Shown here piece after piece: positions 1 through 12,495 of a stretch of DNA of 64,000 bases (its first letter is position 1; every line of letters starts with the position of its first letter). The position numbers and the translations under genes were made by a program. Source of the DNA: Squalus acanthias (Eukaryota). The notes beneath the pieces are model-generated. The model was not told where the DNA came from, searched no databases, and saw only the letters and a list, made by a program, of their open reading frames with translations. Location of the stretch: contig CM059431.1 in NCBI GenBank assembly GCA_030390025.1, forward strand, positions 148,740,001-148,804,000, written 5' to 3'.

Positions 1-1027
1 ACGGGCAAAAGATGAAGAGAGACAGTTGGAATGGTGATAGACAAGGAACGCAGAAGGGGGAAAGAGAGAGGACAGACTGGGGAAATTCAGCGAGAGTGAC
101 AGTCAGGAGGGAAAGAAAGGGGGAAGATAGATGGGGGTGTGACATAGAGAGAGAGACACAGAGACAGATTGTGGGAAACAGAGAGAGAGAGAGATGGGTT
201 CAGAAGGGTTGGGGAGGCAGACAGGGAGAAAGAAAGAGAGAGACAGAGCGGAGAGACAGAGAGAGAGAGAGCGAAACAGATGGGGAGGCAGAGAGAGAGG
301 GATAGGGGGGTGACAGACAGGTAGATGGAGAGAGAGGCAGATGGGGGAGACAGCCAAGGTAGAGAAGGATAGACAGAGAGAGAGAGAGAGAGGGGGAGAC
401 AGAGAGAGAGAGAGAGAGATAAATGGAGGGAAGGCAAGCAGCGGGTAATAAGAGAATGTGACAGACGGGGAAGACAGCTTAAAGGAGACAGGGTAAAACG
501 AGAGGTGACAGACGGCTGGGAGACAGACGAGGGCGAAAGCGATAGAGACAGTTGGGGAGAGACAGAGATAGGGAGAGATGTGGGCAGAAAGATGGGGCTT
601 GCCAGACGTGGAGATAGATGGGAGCGAGACAGAGTTAGAGACAGACCAGAGGAGACAAGAGAGAGACAGATGGGGAAAACAAAAGTGGCGGAGACAGACG
701 GGGGAGACTGATGAGGTGCAGTCAGGTAGGGAGAAACACAGATTGGGAGAAAGGGAGAGAGAGATGTAGGGAGACAGAAATGGGAGACAGACGGTGGGGA
801 AACAGGTCGAGAGAGATAGACAGACAACGGAGTCAGATGGGTGAGACAGTTGGGGGAGACAGAGTGAGAGTGAGACCGGCGAAGTGAGGACGTGGTGGTT
901 GAGAAGTGAGGCAGACGGGGAAAACACACGTTGAAGACAGAAAGTAACAAACGGGGGGAGACAGGCAGGAGGCGACAGAGAGCAGCAAACAGACGGGTGT
1001 AGTCAGGAAGGAGTCGACAGATGGGTG

Positions 1028-1073
<46 letters not shown>

Positions 1074-1247
1074 TCGAGTTGTGGCGACAGACGCTGGTGA
1101 TTTAAATACTCCAGACATGGAAAAAGACAGAAGGGGGAGAGAGAAGGGGAGACAGATTATTTAAAACGTTTGAGGAGACGGACAGTGTGAGACAGACAGG
1201 GAGGCAAAGAGGGAGCCAGACGGGGAAACAGATGGGAGAATCAGAGT

Positions 1248-1314
<67 letters not shown>

Positions 1315-2335
1315 GGTGGCAGAGAAAGATAAAGATGGGGAAACAGACGAAGAGACAAAGAGAGAAATAAAAAGGAAGACAGAGAGAGATGGAGACGGGG
1401 AGAGAGTGGTCTTGGACATGGATGGGGGGACACCTAGGGAGAGAGGGACAGACCCGGGGAGGGTCACGCGTGGAGAGAGAGAGAGAGTGATACGATGGGA
1501 GCCAGAGAGAAAGTGACAGAAGAGGGTGAGACAAACCGGGTTGAGGGGGGAGAGATGAATGGACAAACTCTAGGGGAGACAGATGGTGTACGACAGAGAG
1601 AGATGGAGACCGATAGGAGAGACAGACGGCAGGGAGACAGATGGGGCGAAGAGAGAGAGAGAGAGGGAGATAGATTGACAGACGGGGAGATAGGGAGAAA
1701 AAGACGCGGGTGAAAGACTGGGGCACAGAAAGAGAGAGTCAAACAGGGGGAGACAGTCAGTTGAGTCAGACATGGGGAGATTTCGGGAGCGAGAGAGAGA
1801 CAGACGGGATGAGACGGAGAGAAACAAACGGAGTGAAATGGATCTGGGATTCAGATGAGGGTAAGTGATAGACAGAGGGGAAAGAGAGAATGAGAGAAAC
1901 AGGGCGAGACAGAAGGGGGAGACACAGAGAGAGAGAGTCGTGGCAGTAGACAGACAAAGAGGCACAAATGTGGGTGATTGAGAGAGGGGGACAGACACGG
2001 GGAGCAGGCGGGGAAGACAAAGAGAAAGACAGACCGGGGAGACCGAGAGCGATATAGAAGTTGGGGGACAGATGGCAGTGAAACGTTTTGAGAACAGAAA
2101 CGAATTGAGATAGACGGTGTTGGGGAGGTGATGGAAAGTGCGTTGGTAACAGAGAGAGTGATGGGGAAGTTAAACGGAGAGGAGAGAGACTGGGGTTACA
2201 GAGAGAGACAGAGACAAACCGGGGAGACAGACTGGGGGCACAAGAGACGGAAGGAGACAGGCGGGGGCGTGAGACAGGCGGTGCGTGACAGAGAGAGACA
2301 GACGGGGGAGACAGACGGAGAGGCGACAGACCAAG
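1..2335. repeat. GA-rich low-complexity / compound (GA)n-(GACA)n microsatellite tract
   Basis: The + strand is almost entirely purine-rich (gagagagacagatggggg), with near-pure (GA)n runs near 1033-1071 and 1248-1311. ORFs here are S/L- or R/E-rich artefacts. Confidence 0.95.
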
Positions 2336-2399
2336 GAAATAGGAAGAACCTCTGGTAAAGGGGAAATGAACCATCATCCAAAAAGTGATCAAATCTCCA

Positions 2400-2855
2400 T
2401 CACTTAAGTCAGCCTATGCAAATAACCCAGTTCCCGGAAACTGACCAGTTGGCCATTACTTTTCTGAAAAGAGGCAAACTGTTCCACCACCCAGAATATG
2501 ACCAATTGACCATCACCTAAACAAATACACGTAAACTGACCCTTCACCCAGAAACTGACCAATTGACCATGTCCTAACCGAACACGTGTAAGCTGAACCC
2601 GCACCGATAAATTGACCAATGAACAACAACTAACCCAGCACATGTAAATGGCACAGTTCCCAGAAGCTGACCAAGTCTCCGTCACTTAAGCCTGTCCATG
2701 TAAATGGCACAGTTCCCAAAAACTAATCAGGTAGAACTCATCAACGCTAATACACATAAACTGACCCAGCACACAGAAACAGACCGATGAGCAACACTTA
2801 CCCCAGCACATGTAAATTGACACAGTTCCCAGAAACTGATCAATTCATGATCACC
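2400..2855. repeat. Degenerate ~56-bp minisatellite (cacatgtaaactgacccatcacccagaaactgacc...)
   Basis: The motif cacatgtaaa recurs at about 2528, 2583, 2639, 2696, 2752 and 2807. Confidence 0.8.
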
Positions 2856-5800
2856 ACACAGAGCGGAAAGCGCCCAGGTCATTTCCAGGCCAGTGTTGTG
2901 TTTGCTGATCTCATCCAGGGTGGGAATGAGCAGAATGGGCCCAGGATCATTCCGCAGACTGTGGCGTGTTAGCTAATACCCCCCATTCTGGAACTGAGCC
3001 ACACATTGAGCAGGATGTGCCCACGATTATTCCCAAGTCTGTGCTGGGTTAGCTGATCCCACCCAGTGTGCTACTGAGTACCACACTGAGCAGGATAGGC
3101 CCAGAATCATTCCAAGGCTTGTGGTGTGTTTCCTGAACTCACCCGGTGTGGTACTGAGCCCCACACAGTGTAGGATTGCACCAGGCTCCATTCAAGGCCT
3201 GTGATGTGTCAGTTATTTTCATTTGCTGATTAACTGAGCCCCAAATACAGAGGACGAAGGGCCCGGGTGCCATTCGGGTCCTGCGGTAATTCTGTTGTTC
3301 TCATTTGGTGAGGTATTGGCCCCACACACAGAAGAGGAATGGGCCTGGCTCCATCCCAGGCTCGTGGAATGTTAGTTGTTATCCTTTGGTGGGCAACTGA
3401 GCCCCACACACAGAGAAGGAAGATCGCAGGCCTTATCCCCGGACTGTGCTGATTGAGCTGCTCCCGCCCGGTGTGGTATGGAGCCCCACACACAGTGCAG
3501 AATTGGCCCAGGATCATTCCCCGGTCTTTGGTGAGTTTACTGATAACATCCGGTTTGGATCTGTTTCCAACACACAGTGCAGGATGGGCCCAGGATCATT
3601 CCACGGCTTGTGGTGCGTCAGCTGAAAACACCCGGTGTGGTACTGAGCCCCACAAAGAGATGGATGGCCCAGGTTCTATTTCCGGCATGTGGTTTTTCAG
3701 TTATTCTCATTCGGTGAGGTACTGAGCCCAACACAGAGCGGGAAGGGCACAGGCTCCATTTCCGGCATCTGATATATCATTTATTCTCATTCGGTGAGGT
3801 ACTGAGCAGGAAGGGACTCGGCTCCATTCTCTGTCCTGTGGTGTTTTCCCTGATCTCACCAGATGTGAAACTGAGCACCACACACAGAGCAGGAAGGGGA
3901 CAGGCTTCTTTCCTGCCCTGATGTATATATGTTGTTCTCACTCGGTGAGGTACTGTGCCCCACACACAGAGTAGGATGGGCCCAGACTCCATTCCTGGCC
4001 TGTAGTAAGTCCGTTGTTCTCATTCGTTGAGTTACTGAGCCCCACGCGGAGTGATGGAACGTCCTAGGCTCCATGCGCTGTGCTGTGGTGCTTTCCCTGA
4101 TCTCAACCAGTGTGATACTGAGCAAAACACAGAGAGCAGGAAGGGCAGAGGCTCCATTCCCGTTGTGTTATATGTTAGTTGTTCTCATTTAGAGAGGGCT
4201 GAGGCCCACACAGAGCAGGAAGGGCCAAGGCTCTATGTTAATTGTTCTCATAGTGGTTTGTCTGTTATTCTCATCCGGTGAGATACTGTGCTGCACATCG
4301 TGCAGGAAGGGCTCAGGATCATTCTTGGTCTGTTGTATGTCAGTTGGTCACTTTTGTTTGTGGTACTGAGCCCCACACAGAGCAGGAAGGGCCCAGGCTC
4401 CATTCCCGGCCTGTGGTATGTCATTTATACTCATTCGGTGAGATACTGAGCTCCACACAGTGCAGCAAGGGCCCAGGATCGTTCCTGGCGTCTGGTGTTT
4501 TCCCTGATCCCACCCGTTGTGATACTGACCAACACCCACAGAGCAGGATGGGCCCACTTTCCATTCCCGGCTTGTGGTATGTCAGTTGTTGTAATTCGGT
4601 GAGGTACTGAACCCACATACAGAGCAGGAATGGCCCAGGCTTTGTAATACTTCTGAACTGCTGTAGTGCTCAGCCCCACAGAGCAGGAAAGAAGCAGGGT
4701 CCATTTGGGCCTTTCCTGTGTTAGCTGATCTTAACCGGTGTGGTAATGGGTCCCACAGAGAGTTAGAGGACCTAGATCATTACAGGCCTGTGGTACATTA
4801 GCAGATATCACCCAGTGTAGTACTGAGCCCCACACAGAGGTGGATGGGCCCAGGAACATTCCGCGGCCTGTGGTGTGTTAGCTGATCTCACCAATGTGCT
4901 ACTGAGTCCCACACAGAGCTGGATAGGCTCAGGATCATTTTGTGGCCTATTGTATGCCAGTCGTTCCCAGTCGGTGTGGTACTGAGCCCCACACAGAGCA
5001 GGAAGGGCCCAGGATCCATTCCCCGCCTGTGGTATATATGTTATTCTCATTTGGTAAGGGACTGAGCTCCACACAGATCAGGAATGGCCCAGGTTTCAGT
5101 TAAGGCATGTGGTATGTCATTTATTCTCATTCGGTGAGTTACTGAGCCCTACACACAGAGCAGGAAGGTCCCAGGCTCCATTTCCGGCATGTGATATATC
5201 TGTTATTCTCATTCAGTGAGGTACTGAGGCCTACACACAGAGCAGGAAGGGCTCAGGTTCCATTTCCGGAAGGTGGTATGTCATTTATTCTCATTCGGTG
5301 AGTTACTGAGCTCGACACATAGAGAAAAAAGGGCCTAGGTTTCATTTCCGGCATGTGGTATGCCATTTATTCTCATTTGGTGAGGTACTGAGACCTACAC
5401 ACAGAGCAGGAAGGGCCCAGGCTCCATTTCCGGCAGATGGTATGTCAGTGATTCTCATTCGGTGAGGTACTGAGCCCTACAAACAGAGCAGGAACGGCGT
5501 ATGCTCCATTCCCTGTCCTGAGGTGGTTTCCCTGATCTCAACCAGTGTGATACAGAGCACCACAAACAGAGCAGGAAGGACCAAGGCGCCATTCCTGGCC
5601 TTTGATACGTCTGTTATTCTCATTCGGTGAGTTCCGGAGACCCACACACAGAGCAGGATGAGCTCAGGCTCCATTGCTGTCCTTTGGTATGTTAGTTGTT
5701 GTCAATCAGAGAGGGCTGAGCCTCACAGAGAGCAGGAAGGACCAAGGCTCCATTCCCAGCCTGTGGGATGTCAGTTATTCTCATTCGGTGAGGTACTGAG

Positions 5801-6944
5801 CTCCACACAGTGCAGCAAGGGCCCACGATCACTCCTGGCCTGTTGTGATTTGCCTGGTCTCACCCGGTGGGATACTGAGCAACACACACACACAACGATG
5901 GGCCCAGGCGCCATTAACGAACTGTGGTATATCAGTTGTTCTCATTCGGTGAGGTACTGATCCCCACGTACAGAGCAGGGATGGCCCAGGCTCTGTTAAC
6001 AGATCTGAACTGGTGTAATGCTCAGCCGCACAGAACAGGAATGATGCAGGATCCATCTGGGCCTGTGGTGTGTTAGCTAATCTGACACGGTATGGTACTG
6101 TCCGCCACAGAGAGCAGGATGGGCCCTGGATCATCCCACAGCCTGTGCTTTGTTCCCGATTGCACTCGGTGTGGTAATCAACCACACACAGAGCAGGTTG
6201 GCCCCAGGCTCCATTCCCGGACTGTTATGTGTCAGTTGTTTTCAGTCGTTAAGGTACTATTACCCACACACAGATTAGGAAGAGCCCAGGCTACATTCCC
6301 ATCCTGTGGTATGTCTGTTATTCTCATTCGGTGAGGTACTGAGATCCACAGAGTGCAGCAAGGGCCCATGATCATTCCCTGTCCTGTGGTGTTTTCCCTG
6401 ATCTCACCCGGTGTGAAACTGAGCCGCGCACACAGAGCAGGATGGGCCCAGGCTCCATTTCTGGCATGTGGTTTATCGGTTGTTCTCATTCGGTGAGGTA
6501 CTGGTACCCACAAACAGGACAGGAATGGTCTAGTTATTTTAAAAGAACAGAACGTGTGTAGTACTCAGCCCCACAGAACAGGAAAGAGGCAGGATCCATC
6601 CCGGCCTGTGCTGAGTGAGCTGATCTCACACAGTGAGCCTCACACACAGTGCAGGATAGGCCGAGGATCAACCCACAGAATTGTTAACAGTGTGTTAACA
6701 GATTTCACCCGCTGTGGTACTCAGCCCCACTCAGAGCAGGATGGGCCGAGAAATATTCCCCGGCCTGTGGTGATTTAGCTGTTCACAGCCACTGTGGTAC
6801 TGAGCCCCACACAGAGCAGGATGGGCTCTGAATCAATCTACCGAATTGGTGTGTAAGCAGATTTCACCCGGTGTCCTACTGAGCCCCATCTAGAGCAGGA
6901 TGGGCCCAGAAATATTCCTTGGCCTGTGGTGTGGTAGCTGATAT

Positions 6945-7319
6945 CGGCAACGGTTTCAGAGTGGTTATTTTACTGGACTAGTAATTCAGAGGCCTAGACT
7001 TATGACACAGAGACGCGAGTTCAAATTCCACCATGGCAGCTGTGAAACTTAAATTCAGTTAATTAATACATCTGGAATAAAAAGTTAATAACTATAATGG
7101 TGACCACAAAATTTACAGATTTTCATAAAAACCCATCTGTTTCAATAATATCCTTCAGGGAAATAAATCTGCCATCCTAACCTGGTCTGGTCTATATGAG
7201 ACTCCAGATCCACAGCAATGTGGTTGACTCTTAACTGCCCTCTGAAATGGCAATTAGGAATGGACAATAAATGCTGGCCTTGCCAGAGACGCCCACATTC
7301 CGTGAACGAATGAAAAAAA
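6945..7319 (+). mobile_element. tRNA-derived SINE with a LINE-derived tail, inserted in the satellite
   Basis: B-box-like gagttcaaattcc. The tail ggcaattaggaatggacaataaatgctggccttgccag...gcccacatt...aaaaaaa matches the 3' end of the LINEs at 37320 and 54107. A second copy lies at 62240. Confidence 0.85.
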
Positions 7320-7705
7320 CAATCTCAACCAATGTGACTGAGTCCCACATGAAGCAATATTGGCGTAGAATCATTGCACGGCCTGTTGTGTGACAGATGA
7401 TCTGACCCGGTGTGGTACTGAGCCTCACACATAGCAGGATTAGCCTAGGATCATTCCCAGGGCAATCGTGTGTTTGCACATATCAACCAGTGTGGTACTG
7501 AGTCCCGCAAAGAATGGGATGGGCCTAGGATCATTCCCAGGGCAGTCGTGTGTTTGCACATATCAACCAGTGTGGCTTTGAGTCCCATACATAGCAGTAT
7601 GGGCCTAGGATCATTCCCCGGACGGTGGTGGGTTAGCTGATCGCACCAATTGTGGTACTGAGTCCCACACAGAGCATGAATGCCCTCTAGATCATTCCAT
7701 GGCCC

Positions 7706-8604
7706 GGTGAGTTACTGAGCCACAAAGAACAGGACATTTCCAGGAATCCTCTCTGGTCTATGCTGAACTATCGCATCTCAAATGCTGTCTCGACCTAACA
7801 CAACACATGTAAAGTTACCCACCACCCAGAAACTGCTTCATAATATATTAACTCAAGCAGAAACCTTAAAGGTAGCCATTGCCCGAAAGTGATGCCAGTG
7901 ATCAGCCTGATTCGGGGATCATTAGTTGTTGGATGAATACATTAACCCGATTACATTACTGATGCCTGAGATTCAAAGAATATTCTAGGCTGAAAAAAAC
8001 AATCAGCTTGAATAAACGGTAAAATGTAAAAGCTCGGCACTGACATCACTAACCAGCCACCTGTGTAAGTAACATTTCAGAACAATGGGGCTGAATCCTC
8101 AAACAGACGGGGGGAAAGCATTCATACCGTGGATTACATATTTACACAGTTACGGACTCTCCAGAAAGAATCACTGACCACACAGGTTGACGGCGTAAGG
8201 TAGAAATCATCTTCGGTCCTAATAACGATTAAATATGCCCGCACTTTCTGTGAGAAGTGGTGATTTCTGTTCTTCTTGGAGTAGCTGCTGTTCGCTTGAC
8301 TGGTGCCTGATTTGCAAACAAAGGAAACCTACACTGAGACGCTCAAATTACATGATCCTATTAGTGCCAGTCAGGTGGGCACACCAGCGTGAGACAATAT
8401 TCCCATTCATGGTTAATATATTTAAATAGAGATATTGAGGATGAACATTCAAAGCAATCCAACAATCCAATCAATGTCACTTCAATCATAAAACTCCCTG
8501 AATGAACAACCCTAAGAAATGTAGATCAAACTATGACAGGTAAACTGATCTGTTTAAGTGCGGGAGGCTGGCTCAGTAATGAAGATTCGATTCCCTGCAG
8601 TAGT
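7706..8604. repeat. ~0.9-kb non-satellite cassette, copy 1
   Basis: Colinear with copies at 11593, 16699, 18415, 24483 and 32192. Shared motifs include cggcactgacatcacta, gcccgcactttctgtgagaagtg and catggttaatatatttaaa. Confidence 0.92.
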
Positions 8605-11592
8605 GGCTCCATTCCCGGCCTGTGGTATTTCTATTGACACATTCAGTGCGGTACTGAGCCCCACACACAGTGAAGGATAGGCCCAGGATCATTCCACGAC
8701 CTGTGGTCTGTTAGCTGATCTCACCCAATTTGGTACTGAGCTCCACACAGTGCAGGATAGGCCCAGGATCATTCCACGACCTGTGGTCTATTAGCTGATC
8801 TCACCCAGTGTGGAACTGAGCACCACACAGTGCAGGACAGGCCCAGGATCATTCCACGACCTGTGGTCTGTTAGCTGATCTCACCCAGTGTGGAACTGAG
8901 CACCACACAGTGCAGGATAGGCGCAGGATCATTCCACGACATGTGGTCTGTTAGCTGATCTCACCCAGTGTGGTACTGAGCAACACATAGTGCAGGATAA
9001 GCCCAGAATCATTCCACGACCTGTGGTCTGTTCGCTGATCTCACCCAGTGTGGTACTGAGCACCACACAGAGCAGGATGGGCCCGGGATCATTGCAGTGC
9101 TGTTGGGGTGTTAGCTGATATAAGCCAGTTTGGTACGGAACCCCACACAGAGCAGGATGGGCCGAGAATGATTTCTAAGCCTTTGATGTGTAAGCTGATC
9201 TCATCCGGTGTGGTACTGAGCACCACACTGAGCTGGATTGGCCCAGGTTACATTCCCGGCTTCTGCTGTGCCAGTTATTGTCATTTGTTGAGCAACTGAA
9301 CCCCATACACAGAGGACGAAATGCCCAGGTTCCATTCCTGGCATGTGGTATTCTGTTGTTCTCAATTGGTGAGTAACTGAGCCCCACACAGAGCAGGAAG
9401 TGCTCGGAATCTGTTAACAGTTCTGAACCGGTGCAGTGCTCAACCCCACATTACAGGAAAGGTGCAGAATCTATACCTGTCTGTCCTGTGTTAGCTGATC
9501 TCCCCCGTGTGGTACGCAGACACACACAGAGCAGGAATGGCCCAGGCGTAATTTCCAATTAGTTGTTCTCATTCGATGAGGTACTGAGCCCCACACACTG
9601 GGCATGAAGGGTCAAGGCATCGTTCCCGGCCTGTGGTATGTCTGCTATTTTCATTCGATGAGGTACTGAGCACCACACAGAGAGAATGGAGGACCCAGGA
9701 TCATTCCCTGTTCTGTGGTGTTTTCCCTGATCTCACCCGGTAATTTACTGTGTACTACACACAGAGCAGAAATGGGTCCAGTTTCCAGTCCCGGCCTGTG
9801 GTATATCAGTCGTTCTCATTCGGTGAGGTACTGGCCTCACACACAGAGCAGGAATGACCCAGGCTCTGTTAACAGATCCGAATCGGTGCAGTGCTCACCC
9901 ACACAGAACAGGGAAAAAAATGCAGGATCTATCCCGGCCTGTCCTGTTTACCTGATGTGCCGCGTGTGGTACCGAGTCAAACACCGAGCAGGAAGATCCC
10001 AGGCTCCATCTCCGGCCTGTGCTGAGTGAGCTGCTCTCACTCAGTTTGGTACTGAGACAAAAATAGAGCAGGATAGGTACAGAAGCATTGCCCGGCCAAT
10101 GGTGTTTTATCTGTTCACAACCGGTGTGGTACTGAGCCTCACAAAGATCAGGGTGTGCCCAGGATCATTTCCAAGCCTGTTGTGTGTTTCCTAAACTCAC
10201 CCGGTGTGCTATTGAGACCCACACAGAGAAAGATGGGCCCAGGATCATTCCGCAGCCTTTAACTGTTCAGCTGATACCCCCAGTGTGGTACTCGGCCCCA
10301 GACTGAGCAGGATTTGCCCAGGATCATTCCCCGGCCTGTGGTGGGTTAGCTGATCCCACCCAGTGTGCTATTGAGCACCAAACTGCGCACGATAGGCCCA
10401 GGACCTTTCCCAGGCCTGTGGTGTGGTTCCTGAACTCACCCTATGTGGTACTGTGCCCCACACAGAGCAAGATGGGCCCAGGATCTTTCCCTGGCCTTCG
10501 GTGTGTTGCTGATCGCGCCCGGTGTGGTACTGAGCCCCACAGAGTGCAGGATAGGCCCAGGCTCCATTCCCGGCCTGTGCTGTGTAGGGTATTCTCATTT
10601 GGTGAGGTACTGAACCCAATCCAGAGAGAAGGGAGGCCCCAGGATAATTGCCGGCCTAAGTAATGTCTGTATTCTCATTTGATGAAGTACTGAGCTCAAC
10701 ACAGTGCACAAAGGGCGCAGGATCATTCCCCGTCCTGTGGTGTGTTAGCTGATCTGAAACGGTGTGATAATGAGCCCCACACAAAGGGGACGTTGGGCCC
10801 AGGAGCAAACCCTCTCCTGTGGTATGTCAGTTGTTCTCATTTGGAGCTGGACTGTGCCCTATATACAGAGCAGAATGCCCCAGGATCATCCCCTGTCCTG
10901 TGGTGTTTTCCCTGAACTCACCCGGTGCGAGACTGAGGTCCAAAAACAAAGCAGGATGCTCCCAGGCTCCATTCCCGAACTGTGGTATGTCAGTTATTCT
11001 CATTTGGTGAGGAACCTAGACCAACACACAGCGTAGGAATGGCCCAGGCTCTGTTAACAGATCTCAACCAAGAGAGTGCTCAGCCCCACACAGGAGGAAA
11101 GAGGCAGGATCCATTCCGGCCTGTGCTGAGTGAGCTGCTCTAACCAAGTGAGCCCCACACACAGTGCAGGATAGGCCCAGGAGCATTCCCTGGACTCTGT
11201 TGTTTAGCTGACCACACCCAGTGTGGTACTGAGCAACACACAGTGCAGGATGGGCTCAGGATCAATCCAGCGAATTGGTGTGTAAGTAGATTTCAGCCGG
11301 TATGGTACTGAGCCCCACCCAGAGCAGGAAGGGCCCAGAAACATTAACCGGTCTTTGGTGGGTTATCTGAAAGAAACCAAAGTGGTACTGAGCCACACAC
11401 AGAGCAGGATGGGCCTACGATCATTCCCAGGCCTGTGGGCTGTTAGCTGATCCCACCCTGTGAGGTACTGAGCCCAACACAGAGTAGGATGGGCCTATGA
11501 TCATTCCACGGCCTGTGGTGGGTTAGCTGATCTCACCGATGTGTTGCTGAGCCCCACACAGAGCAGGATGGGAATAGGTTCATTCCATGGCC

Positions 11593-12495
11593 TGGTGAGT
11601 TACTTAGCCACAAAGAACAAGACAGTTCTAGGCATCATCTCGGATCTATGCTGAACTATCGCATCTCACCTGCTGTCTGGTACGAACACAACACCTATAA
11701 ACTGACCCATCACCCAGAAACTGCTCCAGTATCAATTAACTCAAGCGGAAACATTAAAGTTAGCCAATTCAGGAAAGTGATGCGATGCTCAGCCTGATTT
11801 AGGGATCATTAATTGCTGGATGAAAACATTAACCCGATTACATTATTGATGCCAGAGATTCAAAGAATGGTCCAGTCTGAATAAAGCAATCACATGGAAT
11901 AAATATTAAAATATAAAAACACGGCATTCTCGGCACTGACATCACTAAACAGCCACCTGTGTAAGAAACAGCTCAGAACAATGTGGCTGAATCCTCAAAC
12001 AGTCGGCAGAAAAGCAGTCACACGGTGGAAGAAACATTTACACAGTTAGGGACTGTCCAGAAACAGTCACTGAACACACAGATGAACGGCGTAATGTCTA
12101 CATCATCTTCTAAATATGACTAAATAAGCCCGCACTTCCTGTGAGAAGTGGTGATTTCTGTTCTTGGAGTAGCTGCTGTTCGCTTGACTGGATGCCTGAT
12201 TTGCAAACAAAGGAAACTTGCTCTGAGTCACTCAAATTACCTGATCCTATTAGTGCCAGTCAGGTGGGCACAGCAGCGTGAGACACTATTCTCAGTCATG
12301 GTTAATATATTTAAATAGAGATATTGAGGATGAACACATAATGCAATGCAACATTTTAATCAATTTAACTTCAATTATAAAAGTCCCTGACTAGACAACC
12401 CTAAGAAATGTAGATCAGACTATGACAGGTAAACTGACCTGATTAACTGCGGGAGGCAGGCTCAGTAATGAATATTCGATTCTCTGTATTACTGG
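11593..12495. repeat. ~0.9-kb cassette, copy 2
   Basis: Colinear with 7706-8604. Confidence 0.92.

Noticed and set aside
87..2392. Long Ser/Leu-rich ORFs
   Set aside because: They are a by-product of the stop-poor CT-rich strand.
8035..8320. TCR V-beta decamer (AGTGATGTCA) and octamer-like motif as an antigen-receptor promoter
   Set aside because: These are short motifs, the octamer is imperfect, and no leader or V exon follows.
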